Source of the DNA: Candidatus Moraniibacteriota bacterium
GTDB lineage: Bacteria; Patescibacteriota; Minisyncoccia; Moranbacterales; UBA1568
DNA length: 64,000 nucleotides
Reading direction: 5' to 3'
NCBI GenBank assembly: GCA_030648835.1
Contig: JAUSGT010000002.1
Coordinates: forward strand, 501,458-565,457
Under the pieces are notes generated by a model, which saw only the letters and a program-made list of their open reading frames with translations, was not told the DNA's origin and ran no database searches. The position numbers and the translations under genes are program-made. Below, one piece after another: positions 1-9,178 of the stretch (its first letter is position 1; every line of letters starts with the position of its first letter).

Positions 1-2
1 AC

Positions 3-1574
3 GTTGGAGGGAAAATTTGTTCCTCACGCGTACCGAAACTGGAATACACCCCGGAGCTAATAATTGATGGCGACGGGACAGTCGTGGCTCCGAGCGCTCT
101 GGCGATGAGTACGAGTAGCTCGAATATTTCGCGTTGGTGGGTGGATCTGTTTAGATATGGTGACGATAATATTATTGGGCGAAAACACGCTAGTATTCTT
201 GAGGTTTTTGAATTAAGGGATTTCATCAAAGACAATATTTTGACTCAATCCGTTACTACGCTTCCTAAATATATCTCAGATTCAGAACCTCCAATAAGTT
301 CTGAAAAACGTCTCCGTTACTTTCTCCACTCACCACTGGCTCTTTCCGCTCACGATGATGCCGGCAATGAAATCAGCGCTTCTATCGCAACCATTCCCGG
401 CGCGGAGTACAGGCGCTTTGGCGAAGTCCAGTATGTTTCGCTTCCCGCGGCAAGCCATCCGACAGTCGTGTTGGATGGACAAGAAGATGGATCATTCACG
501 CTTGAGGTGCAAGAAGTGACAGGTGATACAGTGACGGCAACGACCACTTTCTCCGGCATCCCGAGCTCCGCGGATACGCAAGCCACTATGGATTTTTCGG
601 ATGGCACGATAGCTGACGCCTCGGCGCTCACAGTCGATTATGATGGCAATGGGACAGCTGATTTCTCGCTTGAGCCAAGCCCTGGTGAGACAGTGCTGTT
701 TGATATCACTCCTCCGGTAACCACCGCTTCAGTAACCGGTACCACGGGGACCAATGATTGGTACATGAGCGACGTTTCAATAACCCTTACCGCTCAAGAT
801 GAAGCGAATGGGAGCGGCGTGGCGGAGACAACCTACTCTCTCGATAACGGTGTCAATTGGCGCACATACACTGCTCCGGTAGTGATTTCTCAAGAAGGAG
901 CGACCAGTATTCTCTACGCTTCTACCGATAAACAGGGAAACAAGGAGGATATAAAGACAGAGAGCGTCAAAATAGACAAAACCGCTCCGGAAGGGAAAAT
1001 TGTTTTCAATCCGCTGACACAGAAACTCGACATCATCGGAACAGATAATCTTTCAAAGAATGTCTCCGTTACGACAATGGAATCCGTCGTTCCCAGCGTT
1101 GTTCCGAGCGAGAGATTAGGAGAAGAAAAAGAAACGAAAGAATCAGACAGGGAAGGAAAAGATGTCCGGATAAAAAGTGTGACATCCATCACTGACGAAG
1201 CGGGACATGCTACAATACTGACACTGGTGATGTCGAAAGACAGAGAGCGGCGTATACTTCGTTCGGTGGAGTCCATATCTTACGACGGTGTGCTAAATTT
1301 GATTGCGAATACGGCTCTCCAATACAAATGGAACTTAGAAAAAAAGAAAAATACCTACAGTATGTTCGCTTCCAATATGAGAACCGTTTCGAAAACGATT
1401 GAATCTCACTACTTGCCCAAGAAAAACATCACCATCATTATGCAGAAGCCGATAAACTTGGATGAGAGAGATGAGGATAGTGATGTCGAATCAAGGCCGG
1501 TAAAAGAAAAACTTTCCGGAATGATCATCCCGGGACTCATAACGGAGAAAGGGAGTGTGAAAGTAAATTATTAA
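3..1574 (+). CDS. Secreted/surface protein with bacterial Ig-like repeat segments (5' partial; frame stays open to the window edge)
   Basis: No in-frame stop between position 3 and the first ATG at 84. Repeated 'D(I/V)T(P/A)P...Y(S/T)xD.G..W...Y...V' segments typical of bacterial Ig-like surface domains. Ser/Thr-rich. Lys/Glu-rich C-terminal tail. Confidence 0.45.
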   Translation, partial: VGGKICSSRVPKLEYTPELIIDGDGTVVAPSALAMSTSSSNISRWWVDLFRYGDDNIIGRKHASILEVFELRDFIKDNILTQSVTTLPKYISDSEPPISSEKRLRYFLHSPLALSAHDDAGNEISASIATIPGAEYRRFGEVQYVSLPAASHPTVVLDGQEDGSFTLEVQEVTGDTVTATTTFSGIPSSADTQATMDFSDGTIADASALTVDYDGNGTADFSLEPSPGETVLFDITPPVTTASVTGTTGTNDWYMSDVSITLTAQDEANGSGVAETTYSLDNGVNWRTYTAPVVISQEGATSILYASTDKQGNKEDIKTESVKIDKTAPEGKIVFNPLTQKLDIIGTDNLSKNVSVTTMESVVPSVVPSERLGEEKETKESDREGKDVRIKSVTSITDEAGHATILTLVMSKDRERRILRSVESISYDGVLNLIANTALQYKWNLEKKKNTYSMFASNMRTVSKTIESHYLPKKNITIIMQKPINLDERDEDSDVESRPVKEKLSGMIIPGLITEKGSVKVNY

Positions 1575-1602
1575 GTTTCTAAAATCCTAATTTTTAAGAA
1601 TT

Positions 1603-2019
1603 ATGACAAAGAAAAACGTCTTGATGTTATCTTTGATAGGAGTAATGATATTTGTTGTTTCAATGTACTCAGTTGATTTCGGAGTTTGCAAAGATGTTAG
1701 TTATGATTGTAGAAAAACAGCTGATTCAGTGCAGACAATTTTTAGTATTTTTCTTTTGTTATCTCTCTTCTCTCTCATCACTTACAAAATGCAGGAGGAA
1801 GTTTTTCAGGCGTGGTGGAGATTTGCGCGCTGGTTTGTCCCGATTATCATTATCGTTACATATCTCTTGAATACAAGCCACGAGCAGAGTGGTTTCGGCG
1901 GAGTCGCTCAGGGAGCTTTCGATTTCCTCATCCTTATCGTTCTCTACATCATTTTCATCATCACTTCGCTTGTCAGAATCATCCTTGCCTACAGAAGGGT
2001 GAAAAATGGGAATTATTAG
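1603..2019 (+). CDS. Small polytopic membrane protein, hypothetical
   Basis: 138 aa ORF with 3-4 hydrophobic helices. No recognisable motif. Confidence 0.35.
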   Translation: MTKKNVLMLSLIGVMIFVVSMYSVDFGVCKDVSYDCRKTADSVQTIFSIFLLLSLFSLITYKMQEEVFQAWWRFARWFVPIIIIVTYLLNTSHEQSGFGGVAQGAFDFLILIVLYIIFIITSLVRIILAYRRVKNGNY

Positions 2020-2138
2020 GGAGAAAAGAGAGAAAGAGAGAGGTGAATAAAAGATGGTGTATAATGATAGGGTAGTTCGTACACAATGTGGTGAATAGTT
2101 GCTTTTGTAGCCCATCCCGGGCTGTAGAGGAGGTCTCA

Positions 2139-2294
2139 ATGTTGAAGATTTTCGGCGTTATGATGGTAGCTACATCGCTCGTGGTGTTCCGGGTCGAAAA
2201 TCACGGGCGTACGGCCGAAGAGCGGCCGATCAAGCTCGATCTGAAGTGTGATGCCTTGTTTGTACTCGGTCTCATACTAGCCGTGGTTGGATGA
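2139..2294 (+). CDS. Candidate small (51 aa) membrane protein in a GC-rich segment
   Basis: GGAGG Shine-Dalgarno 7 nt upstream of ATG at 2139. Two hydrophobic segments. Local GC is much higher than in the flanks. Could instead be part of a structured RNA. Confidence 0.25.
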   Translation: MLKIFGVMMVATSLVVFRVENHGRTAEERPIKLDLKCDALFVLGLILAVVG

Positions 2295-2431
2295 AGAGGG
2301 GACGACCATGGAGCCAATAGGAAACAAGCGGTGGAGGCTCAAAAGTCTTCACCGCGTATTATTTCTGTAGGTATCAAATGGGGTATGAGAAAAGTGGTAT
2401 ACTGGAGGGGTAATTTTCTAACTAAAATTCT

Positions 2432-2776
2432 ATGCTTTTATTCAAATGGTTGGTGAGCGCGTTGGCGTTTCTGGCGTTGCCGTACATCGTAGCGGGGATT
2501 AGCGTGCAGGGCTTCGGGACGGCGCTTATCTTGGCGCTTCTGTGGGGGCTGCTCAATATCACTATCCGGCCGGTACTGCTCCTTCTGGCGCTGCCTTTCA
2601 ATCTGCTGACGTTTGGCATCTTTACTTTTATTATCAACGGCTTCCTTCTGTGGCTGCTCGGAGGCCTCATCAAAGGTTTCGAAGTGCAGGGTTTCTTAGC
2701 GGCTATTCTCGGCGCTCTGGTGCTTTCGGCCGTCAGCTCTCTTACCCACTGGGTACTTCACAAAAGCGAAATGTAA
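2432..2776 (+). CDS. DUF360 / phage-holin-family-4-like small membrane protein
   Basis: 114 aa, four TM helices, Gly/Leu-rich pattern (LLWGLLNITIRP...LTFGIFTFIINGFLLWLLGG) typical of the DUF360 family. Confidence 0.5.
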   Translation: MLLFKWLVSALAFLALPYIVAGISVQGFGTALILALLWGLLNITIRPVLLLLALPFNLLTFGIFTFIINGFLLWLLGGLIKGFEVQGFLAAILGALVLSAVSSLTHWVLHKSEM

Positions 2777-2825
2777 TTTTTGGTATAAAAAACCCGCACG
2801 AAGTGAGCGTTGGTTTGTATTGTCT

Positions 2826-4124
2826 ATGAAACGAATAGCCGCTATTTTTCAGGAAAATATTTTTGTCAGGAATAGTATCGTTCTTTTTTCAGGAACGATG
2901 GTGGTGAACGTGCTCAATTATATTTTTCATCTTGTCGTCGGAAGAATGGTAACCCCGAGCGCTTATGGAGAAATAGAGTCGCTTATCTCGCTTCTTGCCA
3001 TCATCTCGGTGCCGGCCTCGACGCTCACGCTCATTGCTACCAAATATGCGGCGGATATGAAAGCGGCGGGGAATTTTCGAGGGACATTGTCCTTGTCGAA
3101 ATATCTCACCGCCAAAGTTTTCTTGTATGGCACCCCTTTGTTTCTCATCGTTTTGCTTTTTACACCGCTGGTAAAAAGTTTTCTTAATATTGAGAACAGC
3201 CTGCCCATCCTGCTTCTCTGGTGCGTGATGTTTTTTTCTTTTCTCAGCGCGGCTACTTCCGGGATCCTTACCGGGTGGCAGAAGTTTTCCAAGATGAATC
3301 TCGTCGGCATACTTTCCATTGTTCTGAAGCTTTTGTCGGTGATACTTCTTCTCCGGCTTGGTTTCGCGGTGAGCGGTGTGGTCGGAAGCTATGTCCTTTC
3401 GACGCTCTTTATCTACCTGATGAACTTGTTCCTTCTCAAGAAATTTTTTCAAAGTAACTCATCCGGAGAAGAGGAGACAACCACTCTTTCATTTGCCACT
3501 CTCAAGAGTTATATTATCCCGGTCTTTTATGGGACTCTTTCCGTGGCAATTTTGGGGAATGCGGATATGATATTTGCCAAGCATCATCTCGACGCGGCCC
3601 TCTCCGGCGGATATGGAGCTCTCTCAATCGCGGCCAAGACGATTTTCTTTGTCACCGGGGTGTTTACAACAGTACTGTTTGCTATGTCAGCCGAAGAGAG
3701 TAACCACAGCAAAAAAGATTCGCGAACCTTCCGTTTAGCTGTCTGGCTAATGGTTCTCGTTGTATTTTTTTCCGTGACCTTTCTCTCTCTTTTCCCCGAA
3801 TTTGTCGTTTCGGTTCTTTTTGGCGAAAAATATCTCTCGGTAAGTCATTCTTTGGGTTGGTTCGCTCTGGCAGCCGGTATTTATTCGCTTGCCAACTTCT
3901 TTCTCCAATATTTGCTTTCTTTGCGCGAAACAAAAATTACCCTCTTCTTTTTGGCTTTATCCGGGCTTGAAATAGCCGTACTTTTCTTCTTTGGAGAGAC
4001 TTTTTATGCTATAATCGGCATAACGATTGCCACACAGATTTTGGCGGTACTTTTGGGACTCTGGTTCGTTTTGAAAAGAAAACACTATGGCGAAGAAGAT
4101 CTCGGTAGTTATACCGGCATATAA
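2826..4124 (+). CDS. Wzx-like oligosaccharide/polysaccharide flippase (MOP superfamily)
   Basis: About 12 predicted TM helices. N-terminal pattern 'NSIVLFSGTMVVNVLNYIFHLVVGRMVTPSAYGEIESLISL' is typical of polysaccharide biosynthesis flippases. ATG at 2826; the track ORF begins at an upstream TTG. Confidence 0.7.
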   Translation: MKRIAAIFQENIFVRNSIVLFSGTMVVNVLNYIFHLVVGRMVTPSAYGEIESLISLLAIISVPASTLTLIATKYAADMKAAGNFRGTLSLSKYLTAKVFLYGTPLFLIVLLFTPLVKSFLNIENSLPILLLWCVMFFSFLSAATSGILTGWQKFSKMNLVGILSIVLKLLSVILLLRLGFAVSGVVGSYVLSTLFIYLMNLFLLKKFFQSNSSGEEETTTLSFATLKSYIIPVFYGTLSVAILGNADMIFAKHHLDAALSGGYGALSIAAKTIFFVTGVFTTVLFAMSAEESNHSKKDSRTFRLAVWLMVLVVFFSVTFLSLFPEFVVSVLFGEKYLSVSHSLGWFALAAGIYSLANFFLQYLLSLRETKITLFFLALSGLEIAVLFFFGETFYAIIGITIATQILAVLLGLWFVLKRKHYGEEDLGSYTGI

Positions 4125-5049
4125 TGAAGAGAAGAATATTCCACTTGTCAGTCAGGCGATTGTGGATGTTTTTTCGTCGCTCCCGTATGCATATGAGATT
4201 ATTTTCGTAAATGATGGCAGTTCTGACAATAGCCTTCTTGAATTATTGCGTCTTGGTCAGAGCGATCATCGGATAAAGTGTCTGGATTTCTCGAGAAATT
4301 TTGGCAAAGAATCGGCGACATCGGCCGGGTGTCACGTGGCACAAGGTGATGCGATCATTACGATGGATGCCGATTTGCAACATCCGCCGGCGCTCATTTT
4401 GAAATTCCTCCAGTTGTGGGAGCAGGGTGCGGAAGTCGTCTATACCGTGCGGAAAGAAAATAAGGGCTCCAGTTGGATCAAGAAGATTTTTTCCAAGCTT
4501 TTCTATTTTATCTTCAACCGGGTTTCGGGAATGCGGACAGAGTCCGGATCGACTGATTTTCGTTTGATGGACAAAAAAGTCATCGAGGTGTTCCGTAAAT
4601 TTCCCGAGCGGGAACGGATGTTCCGGGGGATGATCGATTGGATGGGATACAAACGTGAAAAAGTGGAATTTGTCGCCCCGGAGCGAATCCACGGCAACGC
4701 GAATTATTCCTATAACAAGCTTTTCCAGCTGGCGTTGAACAGTTTCACGTCTTTCTCGCTGCTCCCGCTTCGTTTGGCGGGGTATTTCGGCATTTTCATT
4801 ACTTTCGTGAGCGGTCTCTTGCTTGCGATAATGCTCATCACAGATTGGTTTTTCAACCCGACTACATTCACTCCGATCGCCATTCTTGGAGTGAGCAACA
4901 TGTTCTTGATCGGCATCGTACTCATCTCACTCGGCTTTATCGCTCTCTATATCGCCCGTATTCACAATGAGGTCATCAATCGCCCGTTGTATATCGTGCG
5001 GGAAAAAGTGAATTTCGATGGCGAGGAAAAAGTTGATCAATTAATGTAA
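4087..5049 (+). CDS. GT2 polyprenyl-phosphate glycosyltransferase (GtrB/ArnC/DPM1-like) with C-terminal TM helices
   Basis: '[12 protein letters not shown]...[12 protein letters not shown]...RNFGKESA...[11 protein letters not shown]' GT-A DxD core followed by two C-terminal TM helices. Overlaps the flippase gene by 38 nt. Confidence 0.8.
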   Translation: MAKKISVVIPAYNEEKNIPLVSQAIVDVFSSLPYAYEIIFVNDGSSDNSLLELLRLGQSDHRIKCLDFSRNFGKESATSAGCHVAQGDAIITMDADLQHPPALILKFLQLWEQGAEVVYTVRKENKGSSWIKKIFSKLFYFIFNRVSGMRTESGSTDFRLMDKKVIEVFRKFPERERMFRGMIDWMGYKREKVEFVAPERIHGNANYSYNKLFQLALNSFTSFSLLPLRLAGYFGIFITFVSGLLLAIMLITDWFFNPTTFTPIAILGVSNMFLIGIVLISLGFIALYIARIHNEVINRPLYIVREKVNFDGEEKVDQLM

Positions 5050-5058
5050 GCGTGTCCT

Positions 5059-6030
5059 ATGGAAAAGAAAAAGATCTTGGTGACGGGAGGGGCGGGTTTC
5101 TTGGGCTCGCATCTCTGCAAGCGGTTGCTCGATGACGGGCACGAAGTCGTCTGTCTGGACAATTTTTTTACCGGCAACAAGGATAACGTCATTGAGCTCA
5201 TGTCGAATCCGCGTTTCGAGCTTCTGCGCCACGATGTGACGTTCCCTATTTATTTGGAAGTGAATCAAATTTACAATCTCGCCTGTCCCGCCTCCCCGAT
5301 CCATTATCAATTCGATCCGGTCCAGACGACCAAGACTTCGGTGCATGGGGCGATCAATATGCTGGGACTGGCCAAGCGGACCAAGGCCCGCATTCTTCAG
5401 GCCTCCACTTCGGAAGTGTATGGTGATCCGCAAGTTCATCCGCAGACAGAAGATTACTGGGGGCACGTCAACCCCATCGGTTTCCGTTCCTGCTATGACG
5501 AGGGCAAGCGTTGCGCCGAGACGCTCTTCTTCGATTATTATCGTCAGAACCAGCTGGACATCCGTGTCGTGCGGATTTTCAATACCTACGGTCCGAATAT
5601 GCATCCTAATGACGGCCGAGTAGTATCCAATTTTATCGTCCAGGCTCTGAAAAATGAAGACATCACCATCTATGGAGATGGTTCACAGACACGGAGTTTT
5701 CAGTATGTGGATGATCTGATCGAGGGAATGGTGAGGATGATGAATCAGGACGGTTTCATCGGGCCAGTGAATTTGGGTAATCCTCATGAGTTTACTATTA
5801 AAGAGCTCGCTGAAAGAGTACTTCACCTTATTCCAGAAAGCAAAAGTAAAATCATTTATAAGCCCTTGCCGGAAGATGACCCGCTGCAGCGTCAGCCGGA
5901 TATTACTCTGGCTAAGACAAAGCTTGACGGCTGGGATCCGAAGATCCAGTTGGAAGAAGGGTTGGCTCGGACCATTGGTTATTTCCGCGAGTACTTTGAA
6001 AAAGATGAGAAAAAAGTGGCTTCTTGTTGA
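5059..6030 (+). CDS. uxs: UDP-glucuronate decarboxylase (UDP-xylose synthase)
   Basis: '[32 protein letters not shown]', '[19 protein letters not shown]', '[26 protein letters not shown]', '[16 protein letters not shown]' are near-identical to characterised UXS enzymes. Confidence 0.9.
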   Translation: MEKKKILVTGGAGFLGSHLCKRLLDDGHEVVCLDNFFTGNKDNVIELMSNPRFELLRHDVTFPIYLEVNQIYNLACPASPIHYQFDPVQTTKTSVHGAINMLGLAKRTKARILQASTSEVYGDPQVHPQTEDYWGHVNPIGFRSCYDEGKRCAETLFFDYYRQNQLDIRVVRIFNTYGPNMHPNDGRVVSNFIVQALKNEDITIYGDGSQTRSFQYVDDLIEGMVRMMNQDGFIGPVNLGNPHEFTIKELAERVLHLIPESKSKIIYKPLPEDDPLQRQPDITLAKTKLDGWDPKIQLEEGLARTIGYFREYFEKDEKKVASC

Positions 6031-6054
6031 TGCTGTTGTCTTTGAAAGATAAAT

Positions 6055-6747
6055 ATGAAAGCGTTTGTGTTGGCAGCGGGAGTAGGAAGCCGTATGATGC
6101 CTTTAACAAAAGAGGTACCCAAGCCTATGTTAAAGCTTCTTGGTAAGCCCTTATTACAATATATTCTCGAATATCTCCCTCAAGAGGTGAGTGAAATTAT
6201 TCTTGTGGTTGGGTATAAAAGGGAAATAATCCAAAGTTATTTTGGAGAATCATTCAAAGGAAAAAAGATAACGTATCTTATACAAGAAAACCCAACAGGG
6301 ACCGCAGATGCTCTAAAAATATGTCGCCCATATCTGACGGATGGTGAGCGTTTTTTACTTACCTTCGGAGATGATATTTATGATAAAGAAAGTGTTGCTC
6401 GCTGCTTGCTTCACCCATACGCTTTTTTAATAGGTGAAGTTGCTGATCCGAGGCGCTATGGTGTTGTTGTTCTTGAGAAAGACGAAACGATTTTAGAAAT
6501 AGAAGAAAAGCCCCAGCAACCAAAATCAAACCTTGTCGCTCCCGGTTTGTATATTATTGATACCACTATTTTTGATTATGAAAGCTATGTCGATTTGTCT
6601 CACGAGTGTTATTTGACGCCTCTACTTAACCAGTTTGTGAAAAGGAAATCAGTTTTTGTCGAAAAGGTTGATTTTTGGCTTACTTTTGCCTATCCTGAGG
6701 ATTTACAAAAAGCAGAAAAAATCCTCAAATCACATGAGAAGGGTTGA
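6055..6747 (+). CDS. Sugar-phosphate nucleotidyltransferase (NTP_transferase family, short form)
   Basis: 'MKAFVLAAGVGSRMMPLTKEVPKPMLKLLGKPLLQYILEYL' is the canonical G-x-G-x-R nucleotidyltransferase N-terminus. Substrate not assignable. Confidence 0.7.
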   Translation: MKAFVLAAGVGSRMMPLTKEVPKPMLKLLGKPLLQYILEYLPQEVSEIILVVGYKREIIQSYFGESFKGKKITYLIQENPTGTADALKICRPYLTDGERFLLTFGDDIYDKESVARCLLHPYAFLIGEVADPRRYGVVVLEKDETILEIEEKPQQPKSNLVAPGLYIIDTTIFDYESYVDLSHECYLTPLLNQFVKRKSVFVEKVDFWLTFAYPEDLQKAEKILKSHEKG

Positions 6748-6772
6748 CATAAATGCTAAAAGAGAGTATAAT
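6744..6772 (+). promoter_or_regulatory. Consensus sigma-70-type promoter (TTGACA-17 nt-TATAAT) upstream of the Nudix gene
   Basis: TTGACA at 6744-6749, 17-nt spacer, TATAAT at 6767-6772. GGGGG Shine-Dalgarno before ATG 6852. Confidence 0.6.
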
Positions 6773-6851
6773 ACTACGTTACTCTATTTTTGAGTGATCA
6801 GTTATAATTTGTTGTAACTGTAATGTATTTTTTACATTTAGAGGGGGCCAC

Positions 6852-7562
6852 ATGGCTGCAACAAAGAAGTTGTCAGGAGTTCCCGGCTATAGGCCTGGTT
6901 GGAGGCTGACAGTAGACGGAATGTCTGTCGAGGGCGAATGGAAAATTATTTCGCCATTTGGATCGGTAGAAACCGCCGTTGTACTCCATGCCGATGGCAG
7001 TCCGAATTTTGATCGGCCAGCGTATCGAGAGGCGCCACACGTGAATTGTGTTGTGTGGGGCCGGGACAAGGATGGCGTGGCGAAGTTCGCTGTTATCCGT
7101 CAGCCACGTCCGCATGCCGATGACCCGGAACAGTCAGGAAATGATCATCAGTCGGTAGTGTTTGGGCAGACTCCTATGGGGTTTCTCGAAAAAATTATCG
7201 GCAAGGATCTTATTCCCAGGCTCGAGGATGTGGAACATGCCGCAGAGCGTGAAGCGTTGGAAGAGGCTGGTGCGCGGGTGGTGCTCAATGTCGAGCGTCC
7301 GCCATATCCGTGGCACAATCCGAACCCGACCTTCGTCGCCACGTGGGCGGATATCGTTTTCATCGAAGTCGATCTTGCCAAGATTGCTGAACTGAAGCCC
7401 GACCGTAGCGAGCCCATCTTTTCGGCAGAGTATGTCACGGTCGGAGAGCTTCGTCATCGGATTGCAGCAGGAAAGGATGAAGCGGGTGCGGTATATCGAG
7501 GCTGCACTTCAAACTCGGTATGGCTGATATTCTTTGCCCTCCATCCCGAACTTTGGCAGTAG
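6852..7562 (+). CDS. Nudix hydrolase
   Basis: Nudix-box core 'EHAAEREALEEAGA' (REUxEExGU). GC-rich relative to neighbours. Driven by its own consensus promoter. Confidence 0.7.
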   Translation: MAATKKLSGVPGYRPGWRLTVDGMSVEGEWKIISPFGSVETAVVLHADGSPNFDRPAYREAPHVNCVVWGRDKDGVAKFAVIRQPRPHADDPEQSGNDHQSVVFGQTPMGFLEKIIGKDLIPRLEDVEHAAEREALEEAGARVVLNVERPPYPWHNPNPTFVATWADIVFIEVDLAKIAELKPDRSEPIFSAEYVTVGELRHRIAAGKDEAGAVYRGCTSNSVWLIFFALHPELWQ

Positions 7563-7713
7563 ATACAAGGAGACTTGTGGAACTTTTTCTTAGCAACGGC
7601 TACGGAAAGGACAAGGCGTTTACCCGCAAGGGAGACGCCTTTTTTCTGCCCATTTTCTTTTCTAAGTAAGGAACCTTTGCTATACTGCAAGGGATAGATT
7701 TTTTAAAGTTTCT

Positions 7714-8691
7714 ATGATCAGATATAGTTTCATTATCCCGGTCAAGGCTATCAATGATTATATCCATGAAGCCGTACCAAAAATCCTCCAGATCGAGCGG
7801 GATGATTACGAGATTATCATTTATCCTGATAGAGCAAACGATGAGTCGTGGCGGAAGACGAGGCAAATCGCTACCGGACATTGTGGCCCGGCGGAGAAAA
7901 GGACGAGAGCCATTCATGACGCGCTGGGTGAGATTCTTATTTTCGTCGATGATGACGCGTATCCGGAAAAAGATTTCCTCGATCATTTGGAAGAAGATTT
8001 CCGAGACCTTGGCATTACGGCAGTCGGCGGACCGGCCATCACGCCAAAGCATGATTCTTTTTGGCAGAAAGTATCCGGCGCGGTATTTCTCAGCTTTCTT
8101 TCCGGTGGCTCACCGGAGCGCTATGTGTCGGTGGGGAAGAAACGGCTGGTGGATGACTGGCCCAGTGTGAATCTTTCGATACGCAAGGATGCCTTTATAG
8201 CTCTGAATGGTTTCGATTGCGAATTTTGGCCGGGAGAAGATACAAAACTCTGTCTCGATATCATCAAGAAGATCAAGGGGAAAATCCTCTATGACCCGGC
8301 TCTTATCGTGTATCATCACAGGCGCGAGGGTTTGTGGCGGCATATGAAGCAAGTCGCAGGCTACGGGTTGCATCGGGGATTTTTTGCCAAGAGATACCCG
8401 GCAACATCGCTCCGGTGGAAATATTTTCTCCCCACGTTCTTTTTCCTGTTTGTGAGTTTCGGAACAGTCGCGGTTCTTCTTGACAGAGATTTTCTTATCT
8501 GGTATTTGGCTCTATGGAGCCTTTATTTTGTAGGTCTCCTGAAATCCGCGGTAGATATTTATCGTTATGAACAAAATATTGCTATCATAAGCCACGCTCT
8601 TTATTATATTTTTTTCACCCATCTCGCGTACGGTTTTTCTTTTCTCAGGGGTTTTTTGTGGACTTGGAAACTCAAGAGCAAACTTCGCTAA
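7714..8691 (+). CDS. GT2 glycosyltransferase with C-terminal membrane domain
   Basis: 'SFIIPVKAIN...YEIIIYPD', 'IFVDDDAYP' DxD motif, 'ED' motif, four C-terminal TM helices. Confidence 0.7.
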   Translation: MIRYSFIIPVKAINDYIHEAVPKILQIERDDYEIIIYPDRANDESWRKTRQIATGHCGPAEKRTRAIHDALGEILIFVDDDAYPEKDFLDHLEEDFRDLGITAVGGPAITPKHDSFWQKVSGAVFLSFLSGGSPERYVSVGKKRLVDDWPSVNLSIRKDAFIALNGFDCEFWPGEDTKLCLDIIKKIKGKILYDPALIVYHHRREGLWRHMKQVAGYGLHRGFFAKRYPATSLRWKYFLPTFFFLFVSFGTVAVLLDRDFLIWYLALWSLYFVGLLKSAVDIYRYEQNIAIISHALYYIFFTHLAYGFSFLRGFLWTWKLKSKLR

Positions 8692-8802
8692 ATTTACCCT
8701 GTTACCTATTCAGGGAAAATTAAACGTTACGGAAACTGTAAGACGAAGTCGCCTTATGGCACCAGTGAACAATAGCTTGAAAAGCTTCGTCAAATAGGTG
8801 AT

Positions 8803-8832
8803 AGGGGGTTTTGACCAAGACCCCTTTTTTTG
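8803..8832 (+). terminator. Rho-independent terminator candidate
   Basis: AGGGGG-tttgaccaaga-CCCCT stem-loop followed by a T7 run. Confidence 0.5.
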
Positions 8833-8900
8833 GTATCCTGAACCAGCGATAGAGGTTGATCATTGGTTACTTGTTATCGGAATTTGGTTATTGTTTATTT

Positions 8901-9155
8901 ATGGAACAAACGGAAAACGTTCAGGCAGTAAAAAAAGATGATATTGAGATACGAATTTTTCGGGAAAAATGCATCGGTGCCGCTACGTGTGTTGTCTATG
9001 GTCCATCTACTTTCGATTTGGATGAAAAGAGCATCGCCGTCGTGAAAGAGGGGCAGTGGGATGAGTTGGAGAAGATTATTTCCGCGGCCCAATCCTGTCC
9101 GGTGACAGCTATAGAAATTTATCAAAATGGGAAAAAAATCCATCCCACTACGTAA
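8901..9155 (+). CDS. Small mono-cluster [4Fe-4S] ferredoxin-like protein
   Basis: 'CIGAATCVVYGPSTFDLDE...AAQSCPVTAI' matches the C-x-G-x3-C...C-P pattern of divergent single-cluster ferredoxins (Fer4_13-like). Confidence 0.5.
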   Translation: MEQTENVQAVKKDDIEIRIFREKCIGAATCVVYGPSTFDLDEKSIAVVKEGQWDELEKIISAAQSCPVTAIEIYQNGKKIHPTT

Positions 9156-9178
9156 TCCCAATTATCAAACAAAAAGGT

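Noticed and set aside
2889-3452. 187-aa minus-strand ORF inside the Wzx flippase gene
   Set aside because: Antisense shadow of a well-supported membrane-protein gene. Arg/Lys-rich low-complexity translation.
5041-5604. 187-aa minus-strand ORF overlapping the UXS gene
   Set aside because: UXS on the plus strand is unambiguous. The antisense ORF has no motif.
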